Positions 50,802-61,071 of a DNA stretch of 64,000 nt are shown here, piece after piece. This DNA comes from Rhizomicrobium sp. Lineage in GTDB: Bacteria > Pseudomonadota > Alphaproteobacteria > Micropepsales > Micropepsaceae. Location of the stretch: positions 55,828 to 119,827 of the forward strand of contig DATMNL010000003.1 in NCBI GenBank assembly GCA_035568995.1, written 5' to 3'. Under the pieces are notes generated by a model. The model was not told the DNA's origin. It worked only from the letters and a program-made list of their open reading frames with translations, and did no database searches. The position numbers and the translations under genes were made by a program. Numbering within the stretch: the first letter of the stretch is position 1; every line of letters begins with the position of its first letter.

Positions 50802-51667
50802 GTCTGGACGAATTTCGGGGAGAAAAAGTCAAACCACCGCGCGGCACCCGCAGAGCCAGGGCGCGGCAGATGGTGGCCGCCCGGCTGGAAAAGCTGGAAG
50901 ATCTTTCGATCAGCAAGCTGGTTCCTTCCACGCTGACGCTGCTTGGTCTGGCCAGCGGCGCCACCGCGATCCGCTTCGCGCTGCTGGGCAACTGGACCAG
51001 CGCCGTGGCCGCCGTGGTGTTCGCGATGATTTTCGACATGCTGGACGGAAGGGCGGCACGCCTGCTGGGAGCCGACACGCGTTTTGGCGCCCAGCTGGAC
51101 AGCCTGGCCGACCTGGTGAGCTTCGGCATGGCGCCCGGCATCATCATGTATAGCTGGAGCCTTTCGCGCATGGGCGTGGCGGGCTGGATTGCGACCCTAA
51201 TCTTCTGCGCCGCCAGCGCCATTCGTCTTGCACGGTTCAATGTGCAGAGCGTTCGCGATGAAGGCGCGACCAAGGCCGATCCCTATTTCACCGGCCTGCC
51301 CACACCGGCCGCGGCCTGCATGATGCTGCTGCCGCTGGTGATCAGTTTTCAATGGGGTGCGGGCGAGCCCGGGCTCAGCGAAATCGTGCGCGCGCCCTGG
51401 CTTGTGCTGACCATGACGGCGATCACCTCGGTGATGATGGTGAGCCGCCTGCCGACTCCCTCGATAAAATACATGCGCCTGTCGCGGGAACATCGCGTGA
51501 TCGTGGGCTTCTGCGGCGGCTTGCTGGCGGCACTGCTGATCGAGTGGCCCTGGGCCACGCTGACCGGCATTCTGCTGGTCTATGTGGCGACGATTCCGGT
51601 GGCGGTCTATGTCCATCATCCGCGCGCCCAGGCGATGCGGGCAGCCAAGTCCACGCACAATAGCTGA
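50798..51667 (+). CDS. pssA: CDP-diacylglycerol-serine O-phosphatidyltransferase
   Basis: DMLDGRAARLL...FGAQLDSLADLVSFG, RLARFN, FTGLPTP; ATGA overlap with psd. Confidence 0.92.
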   Translation: MSLDEFRGEKVKPPRGTRRARARQMVAARLEKLEDLSISKLVPSTLTLLGLASGATAIRFALLGNWTSAVAAVVFAMIFDMLDGRAARLLGADTRFGAQLDSLADLVSFGMAPGIIMYSWSLSRMGVAGWIATLIFCAASAIRLARFNVQSVRDEGATKADPYFTGLPTPAAACMMLLPLVISFQWGAGEPGLSEIVRAPWLVLTMTAITSVMMVSRLPTPSIKYMRLSREHRVIVGFCGGLLAALLIEWPWATLTGILLVYVATIPVAVYVHHPRAQAMRAAKSTHNS

Positions 51668-51727
51668 AGCAAAGCTGCCGCGCGTTAGAACGCGGCGATC
51701 AAGGAAAACAGGGGCAAAATTGGAACG

Positions 51728-52258
51728 CTAGTGCCCGCCAAACCCACCGCGGGTCGGGTTGACGGGTCCCTGCCAGACGCCACGATAAGTCGGTCCATAA
51801 CCAGGGGGCAGATTGATGCCGCCGCCATTGGGCGGTTCGTCGGAGCCGCCGCGCTGCCCCATATAGAGATAGGCCTGGCCGCCATATCCGCCGCCGGAGC
51901 CTTCAGTGCCGCCATAGCCAACGCCGCCATTGAACCCCTGCTGTTCCAGCTCAACGCCTGGCCGCGGATAGAAGTAATATCCCGAGGGCGGCGGATGATT
52001 AGCCGCGGGCGGGGCACTCCGCCACCCCTCATCGCCCGTTGCGGGCAGATCCGTGCGAATGAAGCGCTCCGATACCCAACCCGCCGCGTTGTAGTCGTAG
52101 AAAGTTTCGGCACTTTCCGCAGCGGGCTGCTGAGCATCTTTCGCCGGGTCCGGGCGCGCGGTTGGCTGCGGCAGCGGCGTCGACGCTATGGTTGCTGCAT
52201 CCACGTAGGAAATTGTCAGAAGCGCGCCCATCAGGGTGATACAAGCACGAATCCTCAT
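51728..52258 (-). CDS. Secreted Gly/Pro/Tyr-rich hypothetical protein
   Basis: Strong AAGGAGG RBS before ATG 52258, signal-like N-terminus, low-complexity C-terminus. Confidence 0.5.
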   Translation of the reverse strand: MRIRACITLMGALLTISYVDAATIASTPLPQPTARPDPAKDAQQPAAESAETFYDYNAAGWVSERFIRTDLPATGDEGWRSAPPAANHPPPSGYYFYPRPGVELEQQGFNGGVGYGGTEGSGGGYGGQAYLYMGQRGGSDEPPNGGGINLPPGYGPTYRGVWQGPVNPTRGGFGGH

Positions 52259-52386
52259 AGCACCTCCTTTGTCAGCTTTTTTTGGGCCGTCGCCAAAGCG
52301 TCGGATAACCCGCGTTGTTTCAATATGACACATTTTGAAATGGAAATTTCGAAATTGGGAAGGGAACAGCTTCTGTGGTTAACGGC

Positions 52387-53484
52387 CTAGACCAAGGCCA
52401 GCTTTTTGCCGCGACGGGCGGATTTTGCCGCCGGATGGATCAGGGCATGCACGAAGGCCAGTTTTTCGATGGTCCGGGGCGCCAGGACAAAGGGATAAAG
52501 ATCGGGCTGTCCCATCGAGCGATTGAGGCTGTTGACGGCAAAGGCGATGGGCAGCCAGGCATCAATCAGCTGAGCCATGTTCGACGCATTGTGTGAATCG
52601 AAATGCACCACCGCCGATAATTCGCCGTTCCCCGCCCGGGGACTGACCCTGATGCCAAAGGCGCGTGCCGTTTCAAGTGTGTCGACGATGTGAAGATAGT
52701 GCGCCCAGGTTTCCGCGAAGTCTTCCCAGGGATGACTTGCGGCATAGGCGCTGACATATTCATTCTGCCAGCCCGGCGGCGCGCCCGAACTGTAATGCCG
52801 GGCAAGCGCGGCGGCATAATCCTGCCGCTCATCGCCGAACCGGGCGCGGAATTCCCTTAATTTCCGCTCGTGGCCGCCAATCAGCCGGTCCCAGAAATAA
52901 TGCCCGATCTCGTGCCGGAAATGTCCAAGCAGAGTGCGATAAGGTTCGCCCATTTCCCCGCGAACTTTTTCACGCAGGGAATCGTCGGCTTCCTTCAGCG
53001 CCAAGGTGATAAGACCGTTGGCGTGCCCGGTCATCACCCCTTGCGCGTGGCTTTGCGGCGGGTCTGCGAGAAAGTCGAAGGCCAGTCCCCGCTCGGGATC
53101 GTCGGCGCGATTTTCCAGCGGCAGGTGAAGCCGAAGCAGGGAATAGAACAGGCGATGCTTGGCGGCCTCGATGCGGGCCCAGCGAAAATTGTTGCTCTCG
53201 ACACCAAGGGCCGGGATCACCCGATTATGGCGGCAGGCGGCGCAATAACCACCTGGGTCGTCGGCGGGCACCATCCAGTTGCAAACACCGTGACTGTAAT
53301 TCTGGCAGAGTTTGTAGGGCTTTTCGGGGGCGGCCAACGCCTTCCAATGGCCCATTTCCAGCGGCTCCAGGGCGGAAATTGCCGTCTTGTCGGGCAGATA
53401 GCCCAAAGCATGGCCACAATGCTCGCAGCGCACATTTTCAAAGTACAGGACCTGGCCGCAGGCCTGGCAGCCGAACAATTTCAT
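52387..53484 (-). CDS. Zinc-ribbon + putative zinc metallopeptidase
   Basis: CQACGQ...C.HCG ribbon, FRHEIGHY (HExxH), YAASHPWEDFAETWAHYLH. Confidence 0.85.
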   Translation of the reverse strand: MKLFGCQACGQVLYFENVRCEHCGHALGYLPDKTAISALEPLEMGHWKALAAPEKPYKLCQNYSHGVCNWMVPADDPGGYCAACRHNRVIPALGVESNNFRWARIEAAKHRLFYSLLRLHLPLENRADDPERGLAFDFLADPPQSHAQGVMTGHANGLITLALKEADDSLREKVRGEMGEPYRTLLGHFRHEIGHYFWDRLIGGHERKLREFRARFGDERQDYAAALARHYSSGAPPGWQNEYVSAYAASHPWEDFAETWAHYLHIVDTLETARAFGIRVSPRAGNGELSAVVHFDSHNASNMAQLIDAWLPIAFAVNSLNRSMGQPDLYPFVLAPRTIEKLAFVHALIHPAAKSARRGKKLALV

Positions 53485-53624
53485 TTGGCGAATTTTCCCG
53501 CTCTATCCCTGTAAAAACGCCGTTTTGTTAAGGGGGTTCCGGCTACAAAAAGCCGCGAGGCAGGCGGGCTTGTAGCGCCGCCTTCGCAGTTGCGGCATAA
53601 TCAATTTCCCACGGGGACTTTTCC

Positions 53625-56600
53625 ATGAGCATCCAGGTCGCGATTCATCACGCCACGCGCTATCGCTATGACCGGGCGATCATGGTGGGGCCGCAAACCG
53701 TGCGCCTGCGCCCGGCCCCTCATTGCCGCACCAAAATCCTGGCCTATGACCTCAAGATCGAACCCGCAACGCATTTTCTCAATTGGCAGCAGGACCCGCA
53801 ATCCAACTGGCTCGCCCGGGTCATGCTGCCGGAAAAGACCGATCATTTTTCGGTCACGGTGGACCTTACGGTTCAGCTTGACGTGATCAACCCGTTCGAT
53901 TTTTTCCTGGAGCCGGAAGCGGAGAATTTTCCTTTTGCCTATAGCCAGGAACTGAAAGCGGAGCTGGAGCCTTATCTGCGCACCCGCGACTGCGGCGCGA
54001 AATTCGACTCCTTCGTCGCCGCTATCCCGCGCGAGAAAAAACAGACCACTTCTTTCCTGTTCGATCTCAATGCCAGGTTGAACAGCCGCATAGCGTACCT
54101 GATCCGCATGGAGCCGGGCATCCAGGCGCCGGAAGAGACGCTCAAAAAGAAGTCCGGTTCCTGCCGCGACACCTCATGGCTGCTGGTGCAGATTCTCCGC
54201 CATCTGGGCCTGGCGGCGCGATTTGCCTCCGGCTATCTGATCCAGCTGACGCCCGATGTGAAGTCGCTCGACGGGCCGTCCGGCACGACACAGGACTTCG
54301 CCGATCTTCATGCCTGGTGCGAAGTCTATCTGCCCGGCGCCGGCTGGGTTGGTCTTGATCCCACTTCTGGCCTGTTCGCGGGCGAAGGCCATATCCCGCT
54401 AGCCTGCGCCGCCAATCCCACCCAGGCGGCGCCTATCAGCGGCGCGGTCGAAAAAAGCGAAGTGATGTTCGATTTCGACATGACGATCGAGCGGGTGGTC
54501 GAGACCCCGCGCGTCACCAAGCCCTATGACCAGGACCAGTGGGCCGAGATCGAGGCGTTGGGCAACAAGGTGGACACCATCCTCAATCAGGCGGATGTGC
54601 GCCTGACCATGGGCGGTGAGCCGACCTTCATTTCGATAGATGACCGTTCGGGGCCGGAATGGCATACCGCCGCGGTGGGCGGCAAAAAGCGCGAATTGGC
54701 GGATATTCTTATTCGCCGGCTGCGCGATCGGTTTGCGCCGGGCGGATTGTTGCATTACGGCCAAGGCAAATGGTACCCGGGCGAGAGCCTGCCCCGCTGG
54801 GCTTTCGCGCTTTACTGGCGCGCCGATGGCGTGCCGATATGGAAAAATGTCGAGCGGATTGCGGCCGAGCGCGCCAATCATAAACCCACGCCCGAGGATG
54901 CCCGCCTTCTGATAGAGGCGGTGGCGAAGCGGTTGGGACTTGATCCGTCTTACGTGACCCCGGCCTTTGAGGATTTCTGGCATCATGTCGCCAAGGAGCG
55001 CGCCTTGCCAGATGACCTTGGTGAAGTGAAATTCGATGACAAGGAAGATCGCGCCCGCCTCGCCCGTGTGCTGGAGCAGGGCCTGGCTCAGGCTGTCGGC
55101 TATGTGCTGCCGGTCGAGCGCAGCCTCAGCGGCGGCTGGCTGTCCGAGCACTGGAAAACCCGTTCCGGCCGGCTTCAACTGATTCCCGGCGACAGCCCCA
55201 TGGGTTTGCGCCTGCCCCTGAATTCCTTGCCGATCCTGCCCGCCACGGCGCGAAATTTCGTGCCGCCGCCCGATCCCTTCGATCCCTTGCCGGAGCTTTC
55301 GCCCCGCGACGCATCCGGCCAGGCCTATTCAAACGGCAAGAGCAACGGCCATTCCAATTGGCCTGTGGCGCAGCCGGAAACCACGCTACCCGCACCCGCC
55401 CATGCCGTGCGCACGGCCATGACAGTCGAGCCGCGCGAAGGACGGTTGTGCATTTTCATGCCGCCGACGGAAAACGCCCCGGACTATTTCCTGGTCCTCA
55501 ATGCCGTCGAGGATGCTGCCGAGGAAATGAGTGTTGCCGTCCATATCGAAGGCTATCCGCCGCCTTATGACCCGCGCATCCATGTCATCAAGGTGACGCC
55601 GGATCCCGGCGTGATCGAAGTCAATATTCATCCCGCCAAAAGCTGGGGCGAGCAGATTGATATCACCAAGGCGCTTTATGAAGAGGCGGCGGCATCACGG
55701 CTTTCCACCGAAAAGTTCATGCTCGACGGCCGCCACACCGGCACGGGCGGCGGCAATCACATTGTGATGGGGGCGGAGAAAGCCGCCGACAGCCCCTTCC
55801 TGCGTCGCCCCGACCTGCTCAAGAGCCTGATCGCCTATTGGCAGAATCATCCCTCGCTTTCCTATCTCTTTTCGGGGCTTTTCATCGGCCCGACAAGCCA
55901 GGCGCCGCGGCTGGACGAAGCGCGACACGATGCGCTGTATGAGATGGAAATTGCCTTTGACGAAGTGGGTTCACAATGCGGAAAGAATGGGCGCGCCGCT
56001 GCGAATATCCCGCCCTGGGTGGTGGACCGCATCTTCCGCAACCTGCTGACCGATGTGACGGGAAATACCCACCGCACCGAAATCTGCATCGACAAGCTTT
56101 ATTCTCCCGACGGCCCGGCCGGCCGGCTGGGCCTGGTCGAGTTTCGCGGTTTCGAGATGCCGCCGCATGCGGAAATGTCGCTGGCCCAGCAATTGCTGAT
56201 GCGCGCGCTGATCGCGCGATTCTGGCGCGCGCCTTATCCTGAAAAACTGGTGCGCTGGGGTACCGCGCTGCATGACCGGTTCATGCTGCCCCACTATCTC
56301 TGGAGCGATTTCGAGGACGTGATCGCCGACATGAACGCCCATGGCTTTGAATTTGATTCCGCCTGGTTCAGGCCGCACTGGGAATTCCGTTTCCCGCTTC
56401 TGGGACGGGTGCAATACGAAGACGCGATTCTGGAGCTGCGCACCGCGCTCGAACCCTGGCATGTGATGGGCGAGGAAGGCGCGGTCGGCGGCACGGTGCG
56501 GTATGTCGATTCTTCGGTGGAGCGGCTGGAAGTGAAAGCTGGCGGCCTCGTCCCCAGCCGCCATCAGGTGCTGGCCAATGGCAGGCCTGTGCCGCTCAGC

Positions 56601-56945
56601 CCGGCGGCGGACAGCTCCAATGGCGTGGCAACGCGGGTGGGTGGAGTGCGGTTCAAGGCCTGGCGGCCGGCGCACGGCCTTCATCCCACCATCGCCCCCC
56701 ATGCCCCATTGACCATCGAGATCTGGGACGGCTGGCGCAAACGGTCGATCGGCGGCTGCACCTATCACGTCGCCCATCCCGGCGGACGCAATTTCGAGGT
56801 CTTTCCGGTCAACGCTTATGAGGCGGAGGGGCGCAGGCTCGCCCGTTTCGAGCCGTTTGGCCTCACGGGCGGCATATTCGAAGTACCAAGATTGGATGCA
56901 AATCCCGATTTTCCCTATACTTTGGATTTGCGCCGGGGATCATAA
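53625..56945 (+). CDS. Transglutaminase-like domain fused to DUF2126 (predicted COOH-NH2 amidoligase)
   Basis: GSCRD, HAW, LDPT triad; C-terminal MGGEPTF, TPDPGVIEVN, HTGTGGGNH, GRLGLVEFRGFE. Confidence 0.88.
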   Translation: MSIQVAIHHATRYRYDRAIMVGPQTVRLRPAPHCRTKILAYDLKIEPATHFLNWQQDPQSNWLARVMLPEKTDHFSVTVDLTVQLDVINPFDFFLEPEAENFPFAYSQELKAELEPYLRTRDCGAKFDSFVAAIPREKKQTTSFLFDLNARLNSRIAYLIRMEPGIQAPEETLKKKSGSCRDTSWLLVQILRHLGLAARFASGYLIQLTPDVKSLDGPSGTTQDFADLHAWCEVYLPGAGWVGLDPTSGLFAGEGHIPLACAANPTQAAPISGAVEKSEVMFDFDMTIERVVETPRVTKPYDQDQWAEIEALGNKVDTILNQADVRLTMGGEPTFISIDDRSGPEWHTAAVGGKKRELADILIRRLRDRFAPGGLLHYGQGKWYPGESLPRWAFALYWRADGVPIWKNVERIAAERANHKPTPEDARLLIEAVAKRLGLDPSYVTPAFEDFWHHVAKERALPDDLGEVKFDDKEDRARLARVLEQGLAQAVGYVLPVERSLSGGWLSEHWKTRSGRLQLIPGDSPMGLRLPLNSLPILPATARNFVPPPDPFDPLPELSPRDASGQAYSNGKSNGHSNWPVAQPETTLPAPAHAVRTAMTVEPREGRLCIFMPPTENAPDYFLVLNAVEDAAEEMSVAVHIEGYPPPYDPRIHVIKVTPDPGVIEVNIHPAKSWGEQIDITKALYEEAAASRLSTEKFMLDGRHTGTGGGNHIVMGAEKAADSPFLRRPDLLKSLIAYWQNHPSLSYLFSGLFIGPTSQAPRLDEARHDALYEMEIAFDEVGSQCGKNGRAAANIPPWVVDRIFRNLLTDVTGNTHRTEICIDKLYSPDGPAGRLGLVEFRGFEMPPHAEMSLAQQLLMRALIARFWRAPYPEKLVRWGTALHDRFMLPHYLWSDFEDVIADMNAHGFEFDSAWFRPHWEFRFPLLGRVQYEDAILELRTALEPWHVMGEEGAVGGTVRYVDSSVERLEVKAGGLVPSRHQVLANGRPVPLSPAADSSNGVATRVGGVRFKAWRPAHGLHPTIAPHAPLTIEIWDGWRKRSIGGCTYHVAHPGGRNFEVFPVNAYEAEGRRLARFEPFGLTGGIFEVPRLDANPDFPYTLDLRRGS

Positions 56946-56954
56946 ACAAACACC

Positions 56955-59471
56955 GTGTCGGAAACGTCCTTCGCCCCAGGTCAGGAATCATTCGTCCGTT
57001 TTGACGAACTGCGCGGCGCGGACGGGCTGATCCGTCCCCATTGGCGCGCCTTCGCCCGCACCCTGACCGGCCTTTCGCCGGCGGAATTTGCCAGGCGGCG
57101 CGCTTCGGCGGGCGCCATGGTGCGCGACAATGGCGTCACCTACAATGTCTATGACGAGACTGCCGGCCAGACCCGGCCCTGGCAGCTCGACATCGTTCCC
57201 TTCATTCTTTCGGCGGCGGACTGGCGCGCTATCGAAGCGGCGGTGATCCAGCGCGCGCGGCTGGCCGACGCGCTGCTGGCCGATATTTACGGCGAGCAGC
57301 GCATGATCGCTGAAGGTCATGTGCCGCCGCATCTGATCTATGGCCATCCGCAATTCCTGCGCCCCCTTGCCGGCGCCAAGCCGCTTGGCGGCGTGCATGT
57401 GCATCTTTATTCCGCCGACCTGGCGCGTTCGCCGGACGGCTCCTGGCGGGTCATGGCTTCCCGCGCCGATGCGCCGGGCGGCCTTGGCTATGCGTTGGAA
57501 AACCGGCTGGTGGTCAGTCAGACCTTTCCCGATTCCTTCGGCGACATGCGGGTGGCGCGGCTGGCCAGCTTCTTCAATGCCTATCGCGAGAACATCCTTG
57601 GCCTGGCCCAGTCGCGCCGCGACCGCGCCGTCCTCCTGACGCCGGGGCCCTACAACGAATCCTATTTTGAGCATGTTTATCTGGCTCATTATCTGGGCCT
57701 CACCCTGGTCGAGGGCGACGACCTGGTGGTGCGCGAGGGCCAGGTATTCCTGAAAACCCTCACCGGCCTCGAACGTGTCGCCGCCATTTTCCGCCGTGTC
57801 GATTCGGACTTCTGCGATCCTTTGGAATTTCGCGGCGACAGCGCGCTGGGTGTGCCCGGGCTGGTCGAAGCGGTGCGCTCGGGCGGCGTTGTTTTGGCCA
57901 ATGCGTTGGGCGGCGGCGTGATCGAATCCCCCGCTCTCGATGCCTATCTTCCCCTGCTGAGCCACGCGCTTCTGGGCGAGGAACTCAAATTTCCCGACAT
58001 CGCCACCATCTGGTGCGGCACCGAATGGGGGCGCAAGGCGGCGCTGGCGCGGCTTGGCAATGGCATGCTGCGCGATGCTTTCGACGCCAGGCCACTTTTC
58101 TCGCGAAACTCCACCGCCAAGCTCGGCAGCGATATGAGCGAGGAGGAGCGCGCCGATGCCGTGGCGCGCATCGCCCGGCGCGGCGAAACCTTGGTGGTGC
58201 AGGATATTGCTCCCCTGGGCGTCGCCCCGGTCTATGACGGCGCCAAGTTCGGCGCGCGCCCGGTATCCTTGCGCGTTTTCGCGGCCTGGACGCCCAAAGG
58301 CTGGATCGCAATGCCGGGCGGGCTGACCCGCGTCGCCGCCGACGAAACGGTGCGCGCGCTTTCCATGCAGTCGGGCGCCTCGTCCAAGGATGCCTGGGTA
58401 TTGTCGGAAGCCCCGGTGGACAATTTCAGCCTGTTGGGCGGTCAGGGCCGCAACGTCGAAATCAAGCGCCACGGCGAATCCGCGCCTTCGCGCGCCATGG
58501 ACAATCTGTTCTGGCTGGGCCGCTACGCCGAGCGCACCGAGAGCATGGTGCGCATCCTGCGTGCCGTCACGGCGCGGCTGGGCGAAGGATCGGCGCTCGA
58601 CCTGACGCGCATGCTGCTGATTCCGTTCAGCCAGACATCCGATGTGCCGGTTCCGGCGGGCCTGCTCACCGATGAGGCCGCGCTGATCGAGGAATTGCAG
58701 GTGCTGATCTATGGCCGCCGCCAGAGCCGCAGCCTGCAGCGGCTCTTGTCGCGGGTGGAATCCACCGCCTGGTCCGTGCGCGACCGCCTGTCAGCCGATA
58801 CCTGGCGCACTATCCATGCCCTGACTGACCGGGAAGGCCTGCCGCCTGAAATTCAGCACCTGGATGCCCCGGGCGCGCGCTTTTATCTGGACGCACTGGT
58901 ACGGCGCGGCGCGGCGCTGTCCGGACTCTCCGCCGAGAACATGACCCGCGGTCCCAACTGGCTGTTCATGGACCTTGGCCGGCGCATCGAACGCGCCTCG
59001 CACCTGGCCTGGCTGGTGCGGCAGAGCGCCTATGCCGCAGACGAGGCTGAGAATGATCACATGCGCATGGTGCTGGAGATTGCTGACAGCGCCATGACCT
59101 ATCGCTCGCGCTATCTGAATGTGTTCCAGACCGTGCCGTTTCTCGATCTTCTGCTGCTGGACAGCGCCAATCCGCGCTCTGTTGCCTTCCAGTTGCAGGC
59201 CATTGAGAGCCATTTGCGCGAATTGCCGCGCATCACCCTGGCCCAGCGCAACGACGTGCCCGGCGGCATTGCCGCGGAATTGCGCGCTGTGGTCGCCGCC
59301 GCCCATCCGGCGCGGCTGGCGGTAAGCGATGAGGGTCTCAGAACCTCGTTGGGCGAGCTGACCGATACCATCCGTGCCGATGCGGGCATGCTGTCCGATG
59401 CCGTCGCCGACGCCTATTTCCAGCATGCCAGCCGCCGGCGCACCGGCGCGGCGCGGCGAGGCATTCCCTGA
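56955..59471 (+). CDS. Circularly permuted type 2 ATP-grasp fused to alpha-E (DUF403) domain
   Basis: NGVTYNVY, GLGYALENR, TPGPYNESYFEH, RRVDSDFCDPLE, MPGGLTRV, SKDAWV; alpha-E LFWLGRYAERTE and LGRRIERA. Confidence 0.88.
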   Translation: MSETSFAPGQESFVRFDELRGADGLIRPHWRAFARTLTGLSPAEFARRRASAGAMVRDNGVTYNVYDETAGQTRPWQLDIVPFILSAADWRAIEAAVIQRARLADALLADIYGEQRMIAEGHVPPHLIYGHPQFLRPLAGAKPLGGVHVHLYSADLARSPDGSWRVMASRADAPGGLGYALENRLVVSQTFPDSFGDMRVARLASFFNAYRENILGLAQSRRDRAVLLTPGPYNESYFEHVYLAHYLGLTLVEGDDLVVREGQVFLKTLTGLERVAAIFRRVDSDFCDPLEFRGDSALGVPGLVEAVRSGGVVLANALGGGVIESPALDAYLPLLSHALLGEELKFPDIATIWCGTEWGRKAALARLGNGMLRDAFDARPLFSRNSTAKLGSDMSEEERADAVARIARRGETLVVQDIAPLGVAPVYDGAKFGARPVSLRVFAAWTPKGWIAMPGGLTRVAADETVRALSMQSGASSKDAWVLSEAPVDNFSLLGGQGRNVEIKRHGESAPSRAMDNLFWLGRYAERTESMVRILRAVTARLGEGSALDLTRMLLIPFSQTSDVPVPAGLLTDEAALIEELQVLIYGRRQSRSLQRLLSRVESTAWSVRDRLSADTWRTIHALTDREGLPPEIQHLDAPGARFYLDALVRRGAALSGLSAENMTRGPNWLFMDLGRRIERASHLAWLVRQSAYAADEAENDHMRMVLEIADSAMTYRSRYLNVFQTVPFLDLLLLDSANPRSVAFQLQAIESHLRELPRITLAQRNDVPGGIAAELRAVVAAAHPARLAVSDEGLRTSLGELTDTIRADAGMLSDAVADAYFQHASRRRTGAARRGIP

Positions 59472-60352
59472 TGGAATATCTGGTTCGCCACCGCACCACC
59501 TATCGCTACCTGCAGGATGTTTCTTATTCCTGCCACCTGGCTCATCTGCATCCGCGCGAAACGCCGCTGCAGCATGTTTTTACCAGCGAGGTCACGCTCG
59601 CTCCCGATCCCGCCAGCCGGGCGCAGCGGCCCGATTATTTCGGCAATCTGTGCGAATGGTTCACCCTGGACCAGCCGCACGCGCTTCTGGAAGTGCTGGC
59701 CGAAAGCCGGGTGCGGGTAAACCCGCCGCCAGAACGCGACGGTCGGCTCAGCGAAAGCTGGGAAACGGTGCGCGGCCGGCTGGAAGAGGCAGGCGATGCC
59801 GAGAGCCGCGACGCGGTGCAATTCATCTTCGACTCGCCGCTCACCGCCTTCACCAGCGATATTGCCGCTTACGCCAGCAAGAGCTTTCCGCCAGGGCAGA
59901 AGCTTTTTACCGGCGCGCTGGACCTGATGAAGCGGATCCATGAGGATTTCCGCTACGACACCAGCGTGACCGACGCCACCACGCCGGTGGACCGGGTGTT
60001 CGAGATCAGGGCGGGCGTCTGCCAGGACCTGGCGCATGTCGGCATCGCGGCGATGCGGAGCCTTGGCCTGCCGGCGCGCTATGTCAGCGGCTATCTTCTC
60101 ACTCAGCCGCCGCCAGGCATGCCGCGGATGCTGGGTGCCGACGCGAGCCATGCCTGGTTTTCGGTCTGGGCGCCGCCCCTGGGTTGGATCGATCTGGACC
60201 CCACCAACAATGTGCCGGTGGGCGAGGGCCATGTCACTATTGCCTATGGACGGGATTATGGTGATGTCTCCCCCCTCAACGGCATAATCCTGGGCGGCAA
60301 CGACCATGTCATCGAAGTCGGCGTGGATGTCATTCCGGCCACCGCCGCATGA
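59471..60352 (+). CDS. Transglutaminase family protein (Bact_transglu_N + core)
   Basis: VRHRTTYRY, GVCQDLAH, ARYVSGYL, SHAW, DLDPTN, GRDYGDVSP. Confidence 0.9.
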   Translation: MEYLVRHRTTYRYLQDVSYSCHLAHLHPRETPLQHVFTSEVTLAPDPASRAQRPDYFGNLCEWFTLDQPHALLEVLAESRVRVNPPPERDGRLSESWETVRGRLEEAGDAESRDAVQFIFDSPLTAFTSDIAAYASKSFPPGQKLFTGALDLMKRIHEDFRYDTSVTDATTPVDRVFEIRAGVCQDLAHVGIAAMRSLGLPARYVSGYLLTQPPPGMPRMLGADASHAWFSVWAPPLGWIDLDPTNNVPVGEGHVTIAYGRDYGDVSPLNGIILGGNDHVIEVGVDVIPATAA

Positions 60353-61071
60353 ACGCCTTCCTGGTCTTGGGGGTTGCGTCCGCCACCTGCGCGGCAACCA
60401 TGCTGGGCGGGTTGTTCGCCTTATCCTTCAAGCGCCGCGTCGCGGCGGTATTGGGCTTCAGCGCGGGCGCGGTGCTCGGGGTGGCATTTTTCGACCTGCT
60501 GCCCGAGGCCCTGTCTCTGGGCGGAAAATATTATGGCGCGACCCCGATCCTGCTGGCTGCGGCCGCGGGATTTTTGCTTTACGGACTGTTCGATAGGTTG
60601 GTGACGCGGCACGACCGTCCGGGTTGCGGCCCCGATCCGGCCCGCGGCTTTCTGGGCGCGGGCTTTTTTTCGGTCCACTCCATTCTCGACGGCCTCGGCA
60701 TCGGCTTTGCTTTTCAGGCCGGGCACGGCGTTGGCCTGGTGGTGGCGAGTGCGGTTCTGGCGCATGATTTCGCCGACGGCCTCAACACCGTCAATGTGGT
60801 GGTGAAAAATGGCGGCTCGCGCAAAGAGGCGCTGCGCTGGCTCCTGACCGATGCCGTGGCGCCGATTGCCGGTGCCGGGCTGAGCCTGTTTTTCACATTG
60901 CCGGCCGCGGCACTGGCATTGCTGCTGGCGGGCTTTTCCGGATTCTTTTTTTACATCGGCGCGGTGGATCTTCTGCCCGAAAGCCAGCGCGCGGGTTCCG
61001 GCGCCCGGACAGGCCTTGCCACCCTCTTGGGCGCCGCCTTTCTGTTTGCAGTGACTCAATGGGCGAGGTGA
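60349..61071 (+). CDS. ZIP family divalent metal transporter
   Basis: GFSAGAVLGVAFFDLLPEA, HSILDG, AHDFADG; ATGA overlap with the upstream transglutaminase. Confidence 0.82.
   Translation: MNAFLVLGVASATCAATMLGGLFALSFKRRVAAVLGFSAGAVLGVAFFDLLPEALSLGGKYYGATPILLAAAAGFLLYGLFDRLVTRHDRPGCGPDPARGFLGAGFFSVHSILDGLGIGFAFQAGHGVGLVVASAVLAHDFADGLNTVNVVVKNGGSRKEALRWLLTDAVAPIAGAGLSLFFTLPAAALALLLAGFSGFFFYIGAVDLLPESQRAGSGARTGLATLLGAAFLFAVTQWAR

Noticed and set aside
51731-52390. 219-aa + strand ORF opposite the Gly-rich gene
   Set aside because: No RBS or protein-like composition; the minus-strand ORF has a strong RBS and a signal peptide
53485-53624. Sigma54/NtrC promoter for the transglutaminase operon
   Set aside because: No correctly spaced GG-N10-GC motif found
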